Source of the DNA: a phage
Direction: 5' to 3' (one strand)
NCBI GenBank assembly: GCA_030980935.1
Contig: GCA_030980935.1_3059.1
DNA: 64,000 nucleotides
Part shown: in pieces, positions 1 to 10,666 of the stretch
How positions within the stretch are numbered: the stretch's first letter is position 1
How the letters are laid out: each line of letters opens with the position of its first letter
Program-made: the position numbers and the translations under genes
The notes under the pieces: generated by a model
Seen by the model: the letters and a program-made list of their open reading frames with translations, nothing else
Databases searched by the model: none
What the model was told of the DNA's origin: nothing

Positions 1-2380
1 CACCACATTCTCTTTTGCTGATGATATTATCATCACTCCTAAAAAGCTGAATGAAAGAACTGCTACAGAAACTCGCAGAGGTGTTGCAGAAATTGCTACT
101 CAGCAAGAAACAAACGCAGGAACAGATGATACAACCATCATTACTCCTAAAAAGCTTCAAGCTCGTCAAGGTTCTGAATCATTATCTGGTATTGTAACTT
201 TTGTATCTACTGCAGGTGCTACTCCAGCTTCTAGCCGTGAATTAAATGGTACGAATGTTTATAATAAAAACACTAATAATTTAGTTGTTTCGCCAAAAGC
301 TTTGGATCAGTATAAAGCTACTCCAACACAGCAAGGTGCAGTAATTTTAGCAGTTGAAAGTGAAGTAATTGCTGGTCAAAGTCAGGAAGGATGGACAAAT
401 GCTGTTGTAACGCCAGAAACGTTACATAAAAAGACATCAACTGATGGAAGAATTGGTTTAATTGAAATTGCTACGCAAAGTGAAGTTAATACAGGAACTG
501 ATTATACTCGTGCAGTCACTCCTAAAACTTTAAATGACCGTAGAGCAACTGAAAGTTTAAGTGGTATAGCTGAAATTGCTACACAAGTTGAATTCGACGC
601 AGGCGTCGACGATACTCGTATCTCTACACCATTAAAAATTAAAACCAGATTTAATAGTACTGATCGTACTTCTGTTGTTGCTCTATCTGGATTAGTTGAA
701 TCAGGAACTCTCTGGGACCATTATACCCTTAATATTCTTGAAGCAAATGAGACGCAACGTGGTACACTTCGTGTAGCTACACAAGTTGAAGCTGCTGCAG
801 GAACATTAGATAATGTTTTAATAACTCCTAAAAAGCTTTTAGGTACTAAATCTACCGAATCGCAAGAAGGTGTTATTAAAGTTGCAACTCAGTCTGAAAC
901 TGTGACTGGAACGTCAGCGAACACTGCTGTATCTCCAAAAAATTTAAAATGGATTGTGCAGAGTGAACCTACTTGGGCAGCTACTACTGCAATAAGAGGT
1001 TTTGTTAAAACTTCATCTGGTTCAATTACATTCGTTGGTAATGATACAGTCGGTTCTACCCAAGATTTAGAACTGTATGAGAAAAATAGCTATGCGGTAT
1101 CACCATATGAATTAAACCGTGTATTAGCAAATTATTTGCCATTAAAAGCAAAAGCTGCTGATACAAATTTATTGGATGGTCTAGATTCATCTCAGTTCAT
1201 TCGTAGGGATATCGCACAGACGGTTAATGGTTCACTAACCTTAACCCAACAAACGAATCTGAGTGCCCCTCTTGTATCATCTAGTACTGCTACGTTTGGT
1301 GGATCAGTTTCGGCAAATAGTACATTAACTATTTCTAATACTGGAACGGCAACTCGTCTGATTTTTGAGAAAGGACCTCAAACTGGAACTAACCCAGCAC
1401 AGACGATGACTATCAGAGTTTGGGGAAATCAGTTTGGTGGCGGATCAGATACAACGCGTTCTACTGTATTTGAAGTTGGTGATGAAACATCTAATCACTT
1501 TTATTCTCAACGTAATAAAGATGGGAATATAACGTTTAGCATTAATGGTACTGTGATGCCAATAAATGTTAACGCTTCAGGCACGTTAAATGCGAATGGC
1601 GTTGCAACATTCGGTCGTTCAGTTACAGCCAACGGTGAATTCATTAGCAAGTCTGCAAATGCTTTCAGAGCAATTAGTGGTGATTACGGATTCTTTATTC
1701 GCAATGATGCTGCTAATACCTATTTTATGCTCACTGCATCCGGTGATCAGACTGGCGGATTTAATGGATTACGTCCTTTGTCTATTAATAATGCATCTGG
1801 CCAAGTAACGATTGGTGAAAGCTTAATCATTGCCAAAGGTGCTACTATAAATTCTGATGGTTTAACTGTTAACTCGAGAATTCGTTCTCAAGGTACTAAA
1901 ACATCTGACTTATATACCCGTGCGCCAACATCTGATACTGTAGGATTCTGGTCAATTGATATTAACGATTCAGCCACTTATAACCAGTTCCCGGGTTATT
2001 TTAAAATGGTTGAAAAAACTAATGAAGTGACTGGACTTCCGTACTTAGAACGTGGCGAAGAAGTTAAATCTCCTGGTACACTGACACAGTTTGGTAACAC
2101 ACTTGATTCGCTTTACCAAGATTGGATTACTTATCCAACGACACCAGAAGCGCGTACCACTCGCTGGACACGTACATGGCAGAAAACCAAAAACTCTTGG
2201 TCAAGTTTTGTTCAGGTATTTGACGGAGGTAACCCTCCTCAACCATCTGATATCGGTGCTTTACCATCTGATAATGCTACAATGGGGAATCTTACTATTC
2301 GTGATTTCTTACGAATTGGTAATGTTCGCATTATTCCTGACCCAGTGAATAAAACTGTTAAATTTGAATGGGTTGAATAA
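1..2380 (+). CDS. 34: Long tail fibre proximal subunit gp34, C-terminal part only (5-prime end lies upstream of window)
   Basis: Reading frame open from window start (track ORF 302-2380 is an internal Met); repeated ..TPKKL..AEIATQ.. motifs; followed by 35-36-37-38-t as in T4. Confidence 0.85.
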   Translation, partial: TTFSFADDIIITPKKLNERTATETRRGVAEIATQQETNAGTDDTTIITPKKLQARQGSESLSGIVTFVSTAGATPASSRELNGTNVYNKNTNNLVVSPKALDQYKATPTQQGAVILAVESEVIAGQSQEGWTNAVVTPETLHKKTSTDGRIGLIEIATQSEVNTGTDYTRAVTPKTLNDRRATESLSGIAEIATQVEFDAGVDDTRISTPLKIKTRFNSTDRTSVVALSGLVESGTLWDHYTLNILEANETQRGTLRVATQVEAAAGTLDNVLITPKKLLGTKSTESQEGVIKVATQSETVTGTSANTAVSPKNLKWIVQSEPTWAATTAIRGFVKTSSGSITFVGNDTVGSTQDLELYEKNSYAVSPYELNRVLANYLPLKAKAADTNLLDGLDSSQFIRRDIAQTVNGSLTLTQQTNLSAPLVSSSTATFGGSVSANSTLTISNTGTATRLIFEKGPQTGTNPAQTMTIRVWGNQFGGGSDTTRSTVFEVGDETSNHFYSQRNKDGNITFSINGTVMPINVNASGTLNANGVATFGRSVTANGEFISKSANAFRAISGDYGFFIRNDAANTYFMLTASGDQTGGFNGLRPLSINNASGQVTIGESLIIAKGATINSDGLTVNSRIRSQGTKTSDLYTRAPTSDTVGFWSIDINDSATYNQFPGYFKMVEKTNEVTGLPYLERGEEVKSPGTLTQFGNTLDSLYQDWITYPTTPEARTTRWTRTWQKTKNSWSSFVQVFDGGNPPQPSDIGALPSDNATMGNLTIRDFLRIGNVRIIPDPVNKTVKFEWVE

Positions 2381-2388
2381 GAGGTATT

Positions 2389-3504
2389 ATGGAAAAATTT
2401 ATGGCAGAGTTTGGACAAGGATATGTCCAAACGCCATTTTTATCGGAAAGCAATTCAGTAAGATATAAAATAAGCATAGCGGGTTCTTGCCCGCTTTCTA
2501 CAGCAGGACCATACGTTAAATTTCAGGATAATCCTGTAGGAAGTCAAACATTTAGCGCAGGCCTTCATTTAAGAGTTTTTGACCCTTCCACCGGAGCGTT
2601 AGTTGATAGTAAATCATATGCTTTTTCGACTTCAAATGATACTACATCAGCTGCTTTTGCTAGCTTCATGAATTCTTTGACAAATAACAGAATTGTTGCT
2701 ATATTAACTAACGGAAAGGTTAATTTTCCTCCTGAAGTAGTATCTTGGTTAAGAACAGCAGGAACGTCTGCTTTTCCATCTGACTCTGTATTGTCAAGAT
2801 TCGACGTATCATATGCTGCTTTTTATACTTCTTCTAAAAGAGCTATTGCATTAGAGCATGTTAAACTGAGTAATAGAAAAAGCACAGATGATTATCAAAC
2901 TATTTTAGATGTTGTATTTGACAGTTTAGAAGACGTCGGAGCTACCGGGTTTCCAAGAAGAACGTATGAAAGCGTTGAGCAATTTATGTCAGCGGTTGGT
3001 GGAACTAATAACGAAATTGCAAGATTACCAACTTCAGCTGCTATAAGTAAACTCTCTGATTATAATTTAATTCCTGGTGACGTTCTTTATCTTAAAGCCC
3101 AGTTATATGCCGATGCTGATTTACTTGCGCTTGGAACTACAAATATATCTATCCGTTTTTATAATGCATCTAATGGATATATTTCCTCGACACAAGCTGA
3201 GTTTACTGGACAGGCTGGGTCTTGGGAATTAAAGGAAGACTATGTAGTTGTTCCAGAAAATGCAGTTGGATTTACGATATATGCACAGAGAACTGCTCAA
3301 GCGGGACAAGGCGGTATGCGAAATTTAAGCTTTTCTGAAGTATCAAGAAATGGCGGCATTTCAAAACCTGCTGAATTTGGCGTCAATGGTATTCGTGTTA
3401 ATTATATCTGTGAATCTGCTTCACCTCCGGATATAATGGTACTTCCTACGCAAGCATCGTCTAAAACTGGTAAAGTGTTTGGGCAAGAATTTAGAGAAGT
3501 ATAA
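2389..3504 (+). CDS. 35: Long tail fibre hinge connector gp35
   Basis: 371 aa (T4 gp35 about 372 aa); position between 34 and 36. Confidence 0.85.
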   Translation: MEKFMAEFGQGYVQTPFLSESNSVRYKISIAGSCPLSTAGPYVKFQDNPVGSQTFSAGLHLRVFDPSTGALVDSKSYAFSTSNDTTSAAFASFMNSLTNNRIVAILTNGKVNFPPEVVSWLRTAGTSAFPSDSVLSRFDVSYAAFYTSSKRAIALEHVKLSNRKSTDDYQTILDVVFDSLEDVGATGFPRRTYESVEQFMSAVGGTNNEIARLPTSAAISKLSDYNLIPGDVLYLKAQLYADADLLALGTTNISIRFYNASNGYISSTQAEFTGQAGSWELKEDYVVVPENAVGFTIYAQRTAQAGQGGMRNLSFSEVSRNGGISKPAEFGVNGIRVNYICESASPPDIMVLPTQASSKTGKVFGQEFREV

Positions 3505-3509
3505 ATTGA

Positions 3510-3534
3510 GGGAGCCTTCGGGTTCCCTTTTTCT
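3510..3534 (+). terminator. UUCG-tetraloop hairpin plus U-run after gene 35
   Basis: GGGAGCC-TTCG-GGTTCCC followed by TTTTT. Confidence 0.6.
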
Positions 3535-3535
3535 T

Positions 3536-3543
3536 TATAAATA
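3536..3543 (+). promoter_or_regulatory. Late promoter core TATAAATA upstream of gene 36
   Basis: Exact TATAAATA about 24 nt before gene 36 ATG. Confidence 0.7.
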
Positions 3544-3566
3544 CTATTAAAATAAAGGGGCATACA

Positions 3567-4232
3567 ATGGCTGATTTAAAAGTAGGTTCAACAACCGGAG
3601 GCTCTGTCATTTGGCATCAAGGAAATTTTCCATTGAATCCAGCCGGTGACGATGTACTCTATAAATCATTTAAAATATATTCAGAATATAATAAACCACA
3701 GGCAGCTGATAACGATTTCGTTTCTAAAGCTAATGGTGGTACTTATGCATCAAAGGTAACATTTAACGGCGGCGTCCAAGTCCCGTATGCTGTAAACAAC
3801 ACAAACCCATGCGGTATTTATCCAGGTAACGGTGATAATGCTACTTTTGCTGTAGCAAATATTGATATTGTTTCGTGGAATGGTATTGGTTTTAAATCAT
3901 CGCAAGGTTCAGCAGCCCGAACTGTTGTAATTAATGCACGTAATGGTGATATTAATACAAAAGGTGTTGTGTCTGCGGCAGGTCAAGTAAGAAGTGATGC
4001 AGCTGCTCCTATAGCAGCGAATGACCTTACTAGAAAGGACTATGTTGATGGAGCAATAAATACTGTTACAGCAAATGCAAACTCTAGAGTGTTACGATCT
4101 GGTGACACTATGACGGGAAACTTAACCGCACCAAACTTTTTCTCGCAGAATCCTGCATCTCAACCTTCACATGTTCCACGATTTGACCAAATCGTAATTA
4201 AGGATTCTGTTCAAGATTTCGGCTATTATTAA
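3567..4232 (+). CDS. 36: Long tail fibre distal connector gp36
   Basis: 221 aa as in T4; TATAAATA late promoter about 25 nt upstream. Confidence 0.85.
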   Translation: MADLKVGSTTGGSVIWHQGNFPLNPAGDDVLYKSFKIYSEYNKPQAADNDFVSKANGGTYASKVTFNGGVQVPYAVNNTNPCGIYPGNGDNATFAVANIDIVSWNGIGFKSSQGSAARTVVINARNGDINTKGVVSAAGQVRSDAAAPIAANDLTRKDYVDGAINTVTANANSRVLRSGDTMTGNLTAPNFFSQNPASQPSHVPRFDQIVIKDSVQDFGYY

Positions 4233-4240
4233 GAGGACTT

Positions 4241-7200
4241 ATGGCTACTTTAAAACAAATACAATTTAAAAGAAGCAAAACCGCAGGTGCACGTCCTGCT
4301 GCTTCAGTATTAGCCGAAGGTGAATTGGCTATAAATTTAAAAGATAGAACAATTTTTACTAAAGACGATTCAGGAAATATCATTGACTTAAGCATTTCCG
4401 CTGGCGGTAATATTAGTGGAAATATCACTCAAACTGGCGATTATACACAGACTGGAAAATTTAATTTAATTGGTCCGCAAATTGTAGCAAGCGGTGGATA
4501 TATTGAGTTTAATTATCGTACTACTGGAAGTGGGGCTTGGTCCGGTCAACACACTGCAAAGGCTCCAATTTTTGTAGATTTAAGCTCAGCTACTTCCACA
4601 TCTGAATATAATCCTATAATTAAACAGCGCTTTAAAGATGGAACTTTTTCATTAGGTACTTTAGTTTCTGAAGGTTCGTTGAAGATTCATTATATCAATG
4701 AATCTGGCGATTCGAAATATTGGACGTTTCGACGTGACGGCGGATTTGTTGTTGACGGTGGAGGTTTAGCAGTATCAGGAGGTAGTATAACTACATCTGG
4801 AAATATTGCAGCTCTCGGAAATATTACTTCGCCTCAGATTAATACTAAAAATATTATTTTAGATACAAAAGCATTTGGACAATATGATTCACAGTCATTA
4901 GTTCAATATGTTTATCCTGGAACAGGTGAAGAAAATGGCATAAACTATCTTCGTAAAGTTCGAGCTAAATCAGGCGGAACTATTTACCATGAAATCGCTT
5001 CAGCTCAAACTGGTAAGAATGATGAAATTTCTTGGTGGACCGGAAATACACTTACTACTAAATTAATGGGTCTTCGTAATGATGGCGCAATGGTATTACG
5101 TCGTTCACTTGCTATTGGCACAATTACCACTGACGAAAATACTAACAACTATGGTTCTCCTACTCCAATGGGAGAAAGATATATTGCTTTGGGCGATGCT
5201 GCCACTGGTTTAAAATACATTAAGCAGGGCGTTTATGATTTAGTAGGTAATTGGAATTCTGTTGCGTCTATTACTCCTGATAGTTTCCGTAGTACTCGTA
5301 AAGCGATATTTGGACGTTCAGAAGACCAAGGTGGAACATGGATTATGCCTGGAACTAACGCTGCGCTTTTATCAGTTCAAACTCAAGCTGATGGAAACTC
5401 CGCTGGTGATGGTCAAACACACATTGGATATAATTCTGGCGGTAAAATGAACCACTATTTTCGTGGTACAGGTCAGATGAATATCAATACCCAACAGGGT
5501 ATGGAAATTAATCCAGGAGTGTTAAAATTAACCACTGGGGCAAATAATGTAATGTTATACGCGGACGGCGGTATTACATCTGTTAAGCAGCTTTCAATAT
5601 ACAATGGGGTGTATTTAGCAGCTAATAATTCTACTGCTGGGCTAACATTCGCTCCAACTACTACAATTGATGGCACTAAGCAAATTTTGTGGGAAGGCGG
5701 TACTCGTGCTGGTCAGAATAAAAGCTATGTAACTGTTAAAGCATGGGGTAATTCATTTAACGCATCTGGCGATCGTAATCGTGAAACGGTTTTTGAAGTA
5801 GCTGATGGACAAGGATATTATTTTTATTCACAGCGTGTGGCTCCAAGTGGCTCTGAAACTACTGGGCCTGTTGTAACCCAGTTCAATGGACAAGTTAATG
5901 CTAGAGGAAGTATTATTACTGACGGAAGTTTTAAAGTTAATGGATTAAGCACTTTAGTCGGTAATGTTACTATGTCTAATGGTTTGTTTGTCCAAGGTGG
6001 TTCTTCTATTACTGGACAGGTAAAAATTGGTGGAACGGCTGATGCATTAAGAATTTGGAATGCTGAATACGGTGCTATTTTCCGTCGTTCTGAAGATAAG
6101 TTTTATATTATTCCAACCCCACAGAATGCGGGTGAATCAGGCGGCATTTCTAATTTACGTCCGTTCTATATTACATTAAGTAATGGTAAAGTTTCCATGG
6201 ATCATGATGTAGATATCGGCGGCGGTAGATTTAAAGTAGAAGTGGCTGGAACTACTGCTAATCAACGCATAACAGTAAATATGGCATCAGATGCTATTAG
6301 AATAAATGCTCCAACACAAGAGTCTTCTAACTTCATTCAAGGACGTAAGGCTGATGTGCCTAAATGGTATTTGGGTATTGGCGATGGCGGCAACGTCGTT
6401 CGTATGCACAGCTACACATATTCACATGGTATTGCATTAAATTCTGATTCTGTCGATATTACTAAGCCTTTTAAAGTCGGAAATGCACAATTAGGAACTG
6501 ACGGTAATATTACCGGTGGTTCAGGAAACTTTGCTAATTTAAACAGTACAATTGAATCATTAAAAACCGATATTGTTTCAAGTTATCCTATTGGAGCTCC
6601 TATTCCATGGCCAACGGATACTCCTCCTGACGGTTACGCTATTATGGAAGGCCAGACTTTTGATAAGTCTGCATACCCAAAATTGGCTATGGCTTACCCA
6701 TCTGGCGTAATTCCAGATATGCGCGGGCAAACTATTAAAGGTAAACCAAGTGGTCGAGCTGTATTAAGCGCAGAAGCCGATGGTGTTAAGGCTCATAGCC
6801 ATAGTGCATCGGCTTCAAGTACTGACTTGGGTACTAAAACTACATCAAGCTTTGATTATGGTACTAAAACATCTTCAAGCTTTGATTATGGTACTAAGAC
6901 TAGTAACACCACAGGAAACCATAACCATACAGTGAGTGGTAATACTAGTTCCGCCGGTGCGCACCAACACAACGAAGGGACGTATTTTTCATCGTACGGA
7001 TACTTTATGAACGGATACAATACTCGCCAGTCATCGGGAGCTGCCATCGAAACATCCAATAGACAAGGCATAGCGTTTTATGGTAAAACCTCTAGTGCTG
7101 GTGCCCACACTCATAGTTGGTCAGGAACCACGAGTACTACAGGTAACCATGCTCATACTGTAGGTATAGGTGCTCATACCCATACTGTAGGTATAGGTGC

Positions 7201-7318
7201 TCATACCCACACGGTAGCAATTGGCTCACATGGTCATACTATCACTGTAAATAGTACAGGTAATACAGAAAACACGGTTAAAAACATTGCTTTTAACTAT
7301 ATCGTTCGTTTAGCATAA
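4241..7318 (+). CDS. 37: Long tail fibre distal subunit gp37 (receptor-binding)
   Basis: 1025 aa (T4 about 1026); C-terminal His-box repeats [16 protein letters not shown] and tandem GTKT.SSFDY repeats. Confidence 0.9.
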   Translation: MATLKQIQFKRSKTAGARPAASVLAEGELAINLKDRTIFTKDDSGNIIDLSISAGGNISGNITQTGDYTQTGKFNLIGPQIVASGGYIEFNYRTTGSGAWSGQHTAKAPIFVDLSSATSTSEYNPIIKQRFKDGTFSLGTLVSEGSLKIHYINESGDSKYWTFRRDGGFVVDGGGLAVSGGSITTSGNIAALGNITSPQINTKNIILDTKAFGQYDSQSLVQYVYPGTGEENGINYLRKVRAKSGGTIYHEIASAQTGKNDEISWWTGNTLTTKLMGLRNDGAMVLRRSLAIGTITTDENTNNYGSPTPMGERYIALGDAATGLKYIKQGVYDLVGNWNSVASITPDSFRSTRKAIFGRSEDQGGTWIMPGTNAALLSVQTQADGNSAGDGQTHIGYNSGGKMNHYFRGTGQMNINTQQGMEINPGVLKLTTGANNVMLYADGGITSVKQLSIYNGVYLAANNSTAGLTFAPTTTIDGTKQILWEGGTRAGQNKSYVTVKAWGNSFNASGDRNRETVFEVADGQGYYFYSQRVAPSGSETTGPVVTQFNGQVNARGSIITDGSFKVNGLSTLVGNVTMSNGLFVQGGSSITGQVKIGGTADALRIWNAEYGAIFRRSEDKFYIIPTPQNAGESGGISNLRPFYITLSNGKVSMDHDVDIGGGRFKVEVAGTTANQRITVNMASDAIRINAPTQESSNFIQGRKADVPKWYLGIGDGGNVVRMHSYTYSHGIALNSDSVDITKPFKVGNAQLGTDGNITGGSGNFANLNSTIESLKTDIVSSYPIGAPIPWPTDTPPDGYAIMEGQTFDKSAYPKLAMAYPSGVIPDMRGQTIKGKPSGRAVLSAEADGVKAHSHSASASSTDLGTKTTSSFDYGTKTSSSFDYGTKTSNTTGNHNHTVSGNTSSAGAHQHNEGTYFSSYGYFMNGYNTRQSSGAAIETSNRQGIAFYGKTSSAGAHTHSWSGTTSTTGNHAHTVGIGAHTHTVGIGAHTHTVAIGSHGHTITVNSTGNTENTVKNIAFNYIVRLA
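6830..6889 (+). repeat. Tandem 30-bp coding repeat inside gene 37 (GTKT.SSFDY)
   Basis: ggtactaaaac..tcaagctttgattat occurs twice in tandem. Confidence 0.7.
7157..7209 (+). repeat. Tandem 27-bp coding repeat inside gene 37 (His-box HTVGIGAHT)
   Basis: actgtaggtataggtgctcataccca repeated in tandem. Confidence 0.7.
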
Positions 7319-7323
7319 GGAGA

Positions 7324-7337
7324 GGGGCTTCGGCCCC
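7324..7337 (+). other. UUCG hairpin between SD and AUG of gene 38
   Basis: GGGGC-TTCG-GCCCC between AAGGAG and the ATG at 7346. Confidence 0.6.
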
Positions 7338-7345
7338 TTCTAAAT

Positions 7346-7897
7346 ATGAAAATATATCATTATTATTTTGACACTAAAGAATTTTACAAAGAAGAAAATT
7401 ACAAACCGGTTAAAGGCCTCGGTCTTCCTGCTCATTCAACAATTAAAAAACCTTTAGAACCTAAAGAAGGATACGCAGTTGTATTTGATGAACGTACTCA
7501 AGATTGGATTTATGAAGAAGACCATCGCGGCAAACGAGCATGGACTTTTAATAAAGAAGAAATTTTTATAAGTGACATTGGAAGCCCGGTTGGTATAACC
7601 TTTGATGAGCCCGGCGAATTTGATATATGGACTGATGACGGTTGGAAAGAAGACGAAACATATAAACGCGTTTTAATTCGCAATAGAAAAATTGAAGAAT
7701 TATACAAAGAATTCCAAGTTTTAAATAATATGATTGAAGCTTCTGTCGCGAATAAAAAGGAAAAATTCTATTATAAAAACCTTAAGCGGTTCTTTGCTCT
7801 TTTAGAAAAGCATGAGCATTTAGGTGGTGAATTTCCTAAATGGCCTGAAAAAGAACAGAAGCCTTGGTATAAGCGTTTATTCAAGCATTACGTATAA
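7346..7897 (+). CDS. 38: Tail fibre assembly protein gp38 (T4-type, 183 aa)
   Basis: 183 aa, position after gene 37; SD separated from AUG by a UUCG hairpin. Confidence 0.8.
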   Translation: MKIYHYYFDTKEFYKEENYKPVKGLGLPAHSTIKKPLEPKEGYAVVFDERTQDWIYEEDHRGKRAWTFNKEEIFISDIGSPVGITFDEPGEFDIWTDDGWKEDETYKRVLIRNRKIEELYKEFQVLNNMIEASVANKKEKFYYKNLKRFFALLEKHEHLGGEFPKWPEKEQKPWYKRLFKHYV

Positions 7898-7900
7898 ATA
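7893..7900 (+). promoter_or_regulatory. Late promoter core TATAAATA upstream of holin t
   Basis: Exact TATAAATA about 18 nt before t ATG. Confidence 0.7.
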
Positions 7901-7917
7901 TCTTAAAAGGAGGGTCT

Positions 7918-8574
7918 ATGGCAGCACCTAGAATATCATTTTCGCCCTCTGATATTCTATTTGGTGTTCTAGATCGCTTGTTCAAAGATAACGCTACCGG
8001 GAAAGTTCTTGCTTCCCGGGTAGCTGTCGTAATTCTTTTATTTATGATGGCGATTGTTTGGTATAGGGGAGATAGTTTCTTTGAGTACTATAAGCAATCA
8101 AAGTATGAAACATACAGTGAAATTATTGAAAAGGAAAGAAATGCACGCTTTGAATCTGTCGCCCTGGAACAACTCCAGATAGTTCATATATCATCTGAGG
8201 CAGACTTTAGTGCGGTGTATTCTTTCCGCCCTAAAAACTTAAACTATTTTGTTGATATTATAGCATACGAAGGAAAATTACCTTCAACAATAAGTGAAAA
8301 ATCACTTGGAGGATATCCTGTTGATAAAACTATGGATGAATATGCAGTCCATTTAAATGGACGTCATTATTATTCCAACTCAAAATTTGCTTTTTTACCA
8401 ACTAAAAAGCCTACTCCCGAAATAAACTACATGTACAGTTGTCCATATTTTAATTTGGACAATATCTATGCTGGAACGATAACCATGTACTGGTATAGAA
8501 ATGATCATATAAGTAATGACCGCCTTGAATCAATATGTGCTCAGGCGGCCAGAATATTAGGAAGGGCTAAATAA
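7918..8574 (+). CDS. t: Holin T
   Basis: 218 aa, N-terminal TM segment, TATAAATA late promoter at 7893-7900, strong SD AAGGAGGG. Confidence 0.85.
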   Translation: MAAPRISFSPSDILFGVLDRLFKDNATGKVLASRVAVVILLFMMAIVWYRGDSFFEYYKQSKYETYSEIIEKERNARFESVALEQLQIVHISSEADFSAVYSFRPKNLNYFVDIIAYEGKLPSTISEKSLGGYPVDKTMDEYAVHLNGRHYYSNSKFAFLPTKKPTPEINYMYSCPYFNLDNIYAGTITMYWYRNDHISNDRLESICAQAARILGRAK

Positions 8575-8847
8575 TTATTTGTTCGTATACATCTCTAGAT
8601 ATCGATATACACCCTCAAAACCCTCGTTGAATTCGTCGATGAGGGTTTTCTTATCTTCTTGAGTTAATTCAGAAACAATTTTACGGAATGAATTCTGATT
8701 TAACTTTCTACCTTCATGCGTTACTCCAATCTCATTCAGAAATGCAATAAAATTAGCACGATTCTCAACAATATCTTCTCTGGAAAATTTAATCAAAATA
8801 GACGCAACAGTAATAATTTCACGAACTGTATCAATGTTTTTATTCAT
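8575..8847 (-). CDS. asiA: Anti-sigma70 protein AsiA
   Basis: 90 aa; sequence recognised as T4 AsiA (MNKNIDTVREIITVASILIKFSRED...). Confidence 0.95.
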   Translation of the reverse strand: MNKNIDTVREIITVASILIKFSREDIVENRANFIAFLNEIGVTHEGRKLNQNSFRKIVSELTQEDKKTLIDEFNEGFEGVYRYLEMYTNK

Positions 8848-8859
8848 TAACTATACCAC

Positions 8860-9012
8860 TCAATTAGTTGACTTTGTTATAATATCATCAGACGCTTGAT
8901 TTGTAAACTGGTCTGTGGTATTTTCTTCAAAAATTTTTTCTACGAATTCCTTGAACGACTTACGTTCCTGAGCTACATTATGCTCGATTACCTTTTCAAG
9001 ATTATGACTCAT
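8860..9012 (-). CDS. Small hypothetical protein (50 aa) between asiA and arn
   Basis: ORF below track length cutoff; ATG overlaps arn stop by 1 nt (translational coupling). Confidence 0.4.
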   Translation of the reverse strand: MSHNLEKVIEHNVAQERKSFKEFVEKIFEENTTDQFTNQASDDIITKSTN

Positions 9013-9287
9013 TCGAAATAATCTTCAATTTCGTAATCATGGACGTAAATCATTATAGTTTTTAATACATCATCAATACTTTTTCCTGGAGCTGGAATTA
9101 CGTAAAAATATCCTGCTTTTGAGAGGTCTTTATAAGTTCCAACCAAGAAATCATTATTCTCGAGATGTAGTTCTTCAACTAATTCATTAACAATTGAGTG
9201 GTATAAATTTGGTAGAAACTTATATAGCTTTTCTAGAATATCAATTTTGATTGTGTATTGAACCACGGACTGAGAATCAATAATCAT
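9009..9287 (-). CDS. arn: Anti-restriction nuclease Arn (McrBC inhibitor)
   Basis: 92 aa, acidic, position asiA-arn-motA as in T4. Confidence 0.75.
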   Translation of the reverse strand: MIIDSQSVVQYTIKIDILEKLYKFLPNLYHSIVNELVEELHLENNDFLVGTYKDLSKAGYFYVIPAPGKSIDDVLKTIMIYVHDYEIEDYFE

Positions 9288-9370
9288 AGACCTTCCCCTT
9301 ATGTTTCTGTTTGCGATTAGATTCTTTAAACGCTTTCTTCTTATCTTTATGAAGAGAAGCTTTATTAAAA

Positions 9371-9589
9371 TTATGTTTTGCGACTAAATTGTTCATAGTG
9401 CTGAATTACCTCTCTTAAACATTTGCATGTGAATGAAAACTTTTTAGCTACACCACATTCAAATATATGTTCTCTTAAATCGCGTGTATCGGTATATCCC
9501 ATCTCAACAATAAAATGCCGTATTAGATTTTTATCTTTATCATTGAGAGAATTAAAATAATCAGATTTTGAATTAATTTCCCTGGCCAA
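9371..9589 (-). CDS. Hypothetical early protein (arn.x-like)
   Basis: 72 aa ORF in arn-motA cluster, same strand as neighbours. Confidence 0.5.
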   Translation of the reverse strand: MAREINSKSDYFNSLNDKDKNLIRHFIVEMGYTDTRDLREHIFECGVAKKFSFTCKCLREVIQHYEQFSRKT

Positions 9590-9869
9590 ATTGAATCACC
9601 TTCAGTTGACGTTTTAATTCTTTTATCATTTCTTCGTTCATCGCAATATAAAGATCGCGTAAAGCAGGTTTTAGCATTCCATTTACTGGAGAACTAAATG
9701 GACATACATAATCTTTTCCTACAAGCTTTTTGGTGAATTCCATATCGCAGAACTTAAATCCCGGCTCATTGGTATAAATTCCCCAATTAGTTGACATCAT
9801 TTTATTAGCATATTCCAGTGCCTGGATTTGATTCATAATTCCATCAATTTGAAACTTTTTAATATTCAT
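9573..9869 (-). CDS. Hypothetical early protein
   Basis: 98 aa ORF, tightly packed in arn-motA cluster. Confidence 0.5.
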   Translation of the reverse strand: MNIKKFQIDGIMNQIQALEYANKMMSTNWGIYTNEPGFKFCDMEFTKKLVGKDYVCPFSSPVNGMLKPALRDLYIAMNEEMIKELKRQLKVIQFGQGN

Positions 9870-10330
9870 TAGTAAAGGTCCTCAGAGTAAAGTTCTTTTT
9901 CACTACCACCACGTTCAATACGTACTTGTCCAGCGTAAGTTGCAATAATCATTGCTTCTTCACGTGTCCAATAATTACTGTATTGGTCAATAAACCCTTG
10001 GTCATCATCACAAACTTGTTGAGTAACTAATTGAGGTTTAACTACATCTAAAACTTCTGCCATATCTTTAGAATAATGACGAGCACCTGGAATAACAAGA
10101 GTTCGTCCATCTTTTAATTTAAAACGGTTGGCTGCGCAAACAATTCGTCGTTGATACTTTTGATTTTCGTCCCAATATGCAGTCTGCCAACAGAGTTCAG
10201 GAACTTCTTTCAGAATATCTTCTTCTGTGCATTTATAACCATGTGCTTTAAATTTTTCAACAAGACTTTCTGGAGTTTCACGAGATAAAGGAACATTCAG
10301 CATTTTTAAACGATTAATAAATGGGTTCAT
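9869..10330 (-). CDS. Hypothetical early protein
   Basis: 153 aa ORF; stop/start overlap with neighbours. Confidence 0.55.
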   Translation of the reverse strand: MNPFINRLKMLNVPLSRETPESLVEKFKAHGYKCTEEDILKEVPELCWQTAYWDENQKYQRRIVCAANRFKLKDGRTLVIPGARHYSKDMAEVLDVVKPQLVTQQVCDDDQGFIDQYSNYWTREEAMIIATYAGQVRIERGGSEKELYSEDLY

Positions 10331-10656
10331 TTAAACCATCCTTTAATACGCTGCCACAAAGTTTTCTGTTGAGCTTTGTTAACACCAATTGAGCGAATAA
10401 CTGGTTGAGATTCCTGGAATTCTTTATAATCAGCAAGGTAAATTTCGTAAGCTGCATCCGTAAATGAACTTATCGCCGCCATAAAATTATTGCGAATACC
10501 TGCTGGAGCATCTTTACTTTCACGAATAATCATGTATTTACCAGTCTTAATCTTTACGATAGTTCCAAGATAAGCTCCATGGTACCAGATGTCCCACCCC
10601 TCTTGAGTGGGTTCTGCACAACGACGAAGTTCATTAACAATTTCTAACTTGTTCAT
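10327..10656 (-). CDS. Hypothetical early protein (motA.1-like)
   Basis: 109 aa ORF immediately downstream of motA. Confidence 0.55.
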   Translation of the reverse strand: MNKLEIVNELRRCAEPTQEGWDIWYHGAYLGTIVKIKTGKYMIIRESKDAPAGIRNNFMAAISSFTDAAYEIYLADYKEFQESQPVIRSIGVNKAQQKTLWQRIKGWFK

Positions 10657-10666
10657 TATTTATTCC

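Noticed and set aside
1590-2430. Track ORFs 1590-1808(+), 2091-2348(+), 2239-2430(-) inside or antisense to gene 34/35
   Set aside because: Embedded in the long gp34 frame or antisense to it; no RBS; atypical composition; treated as spurious
4198-7707. Track ORFs 4198-4428(-), 5262-5450(+), 5473-5676(-), 6886-7071(-), 7510-7707(-) within tail fibre genes
   Set aside because: Overlapped by gp36/gp37/gp38 coding frames; antisense or out-of-frame; no translation signals
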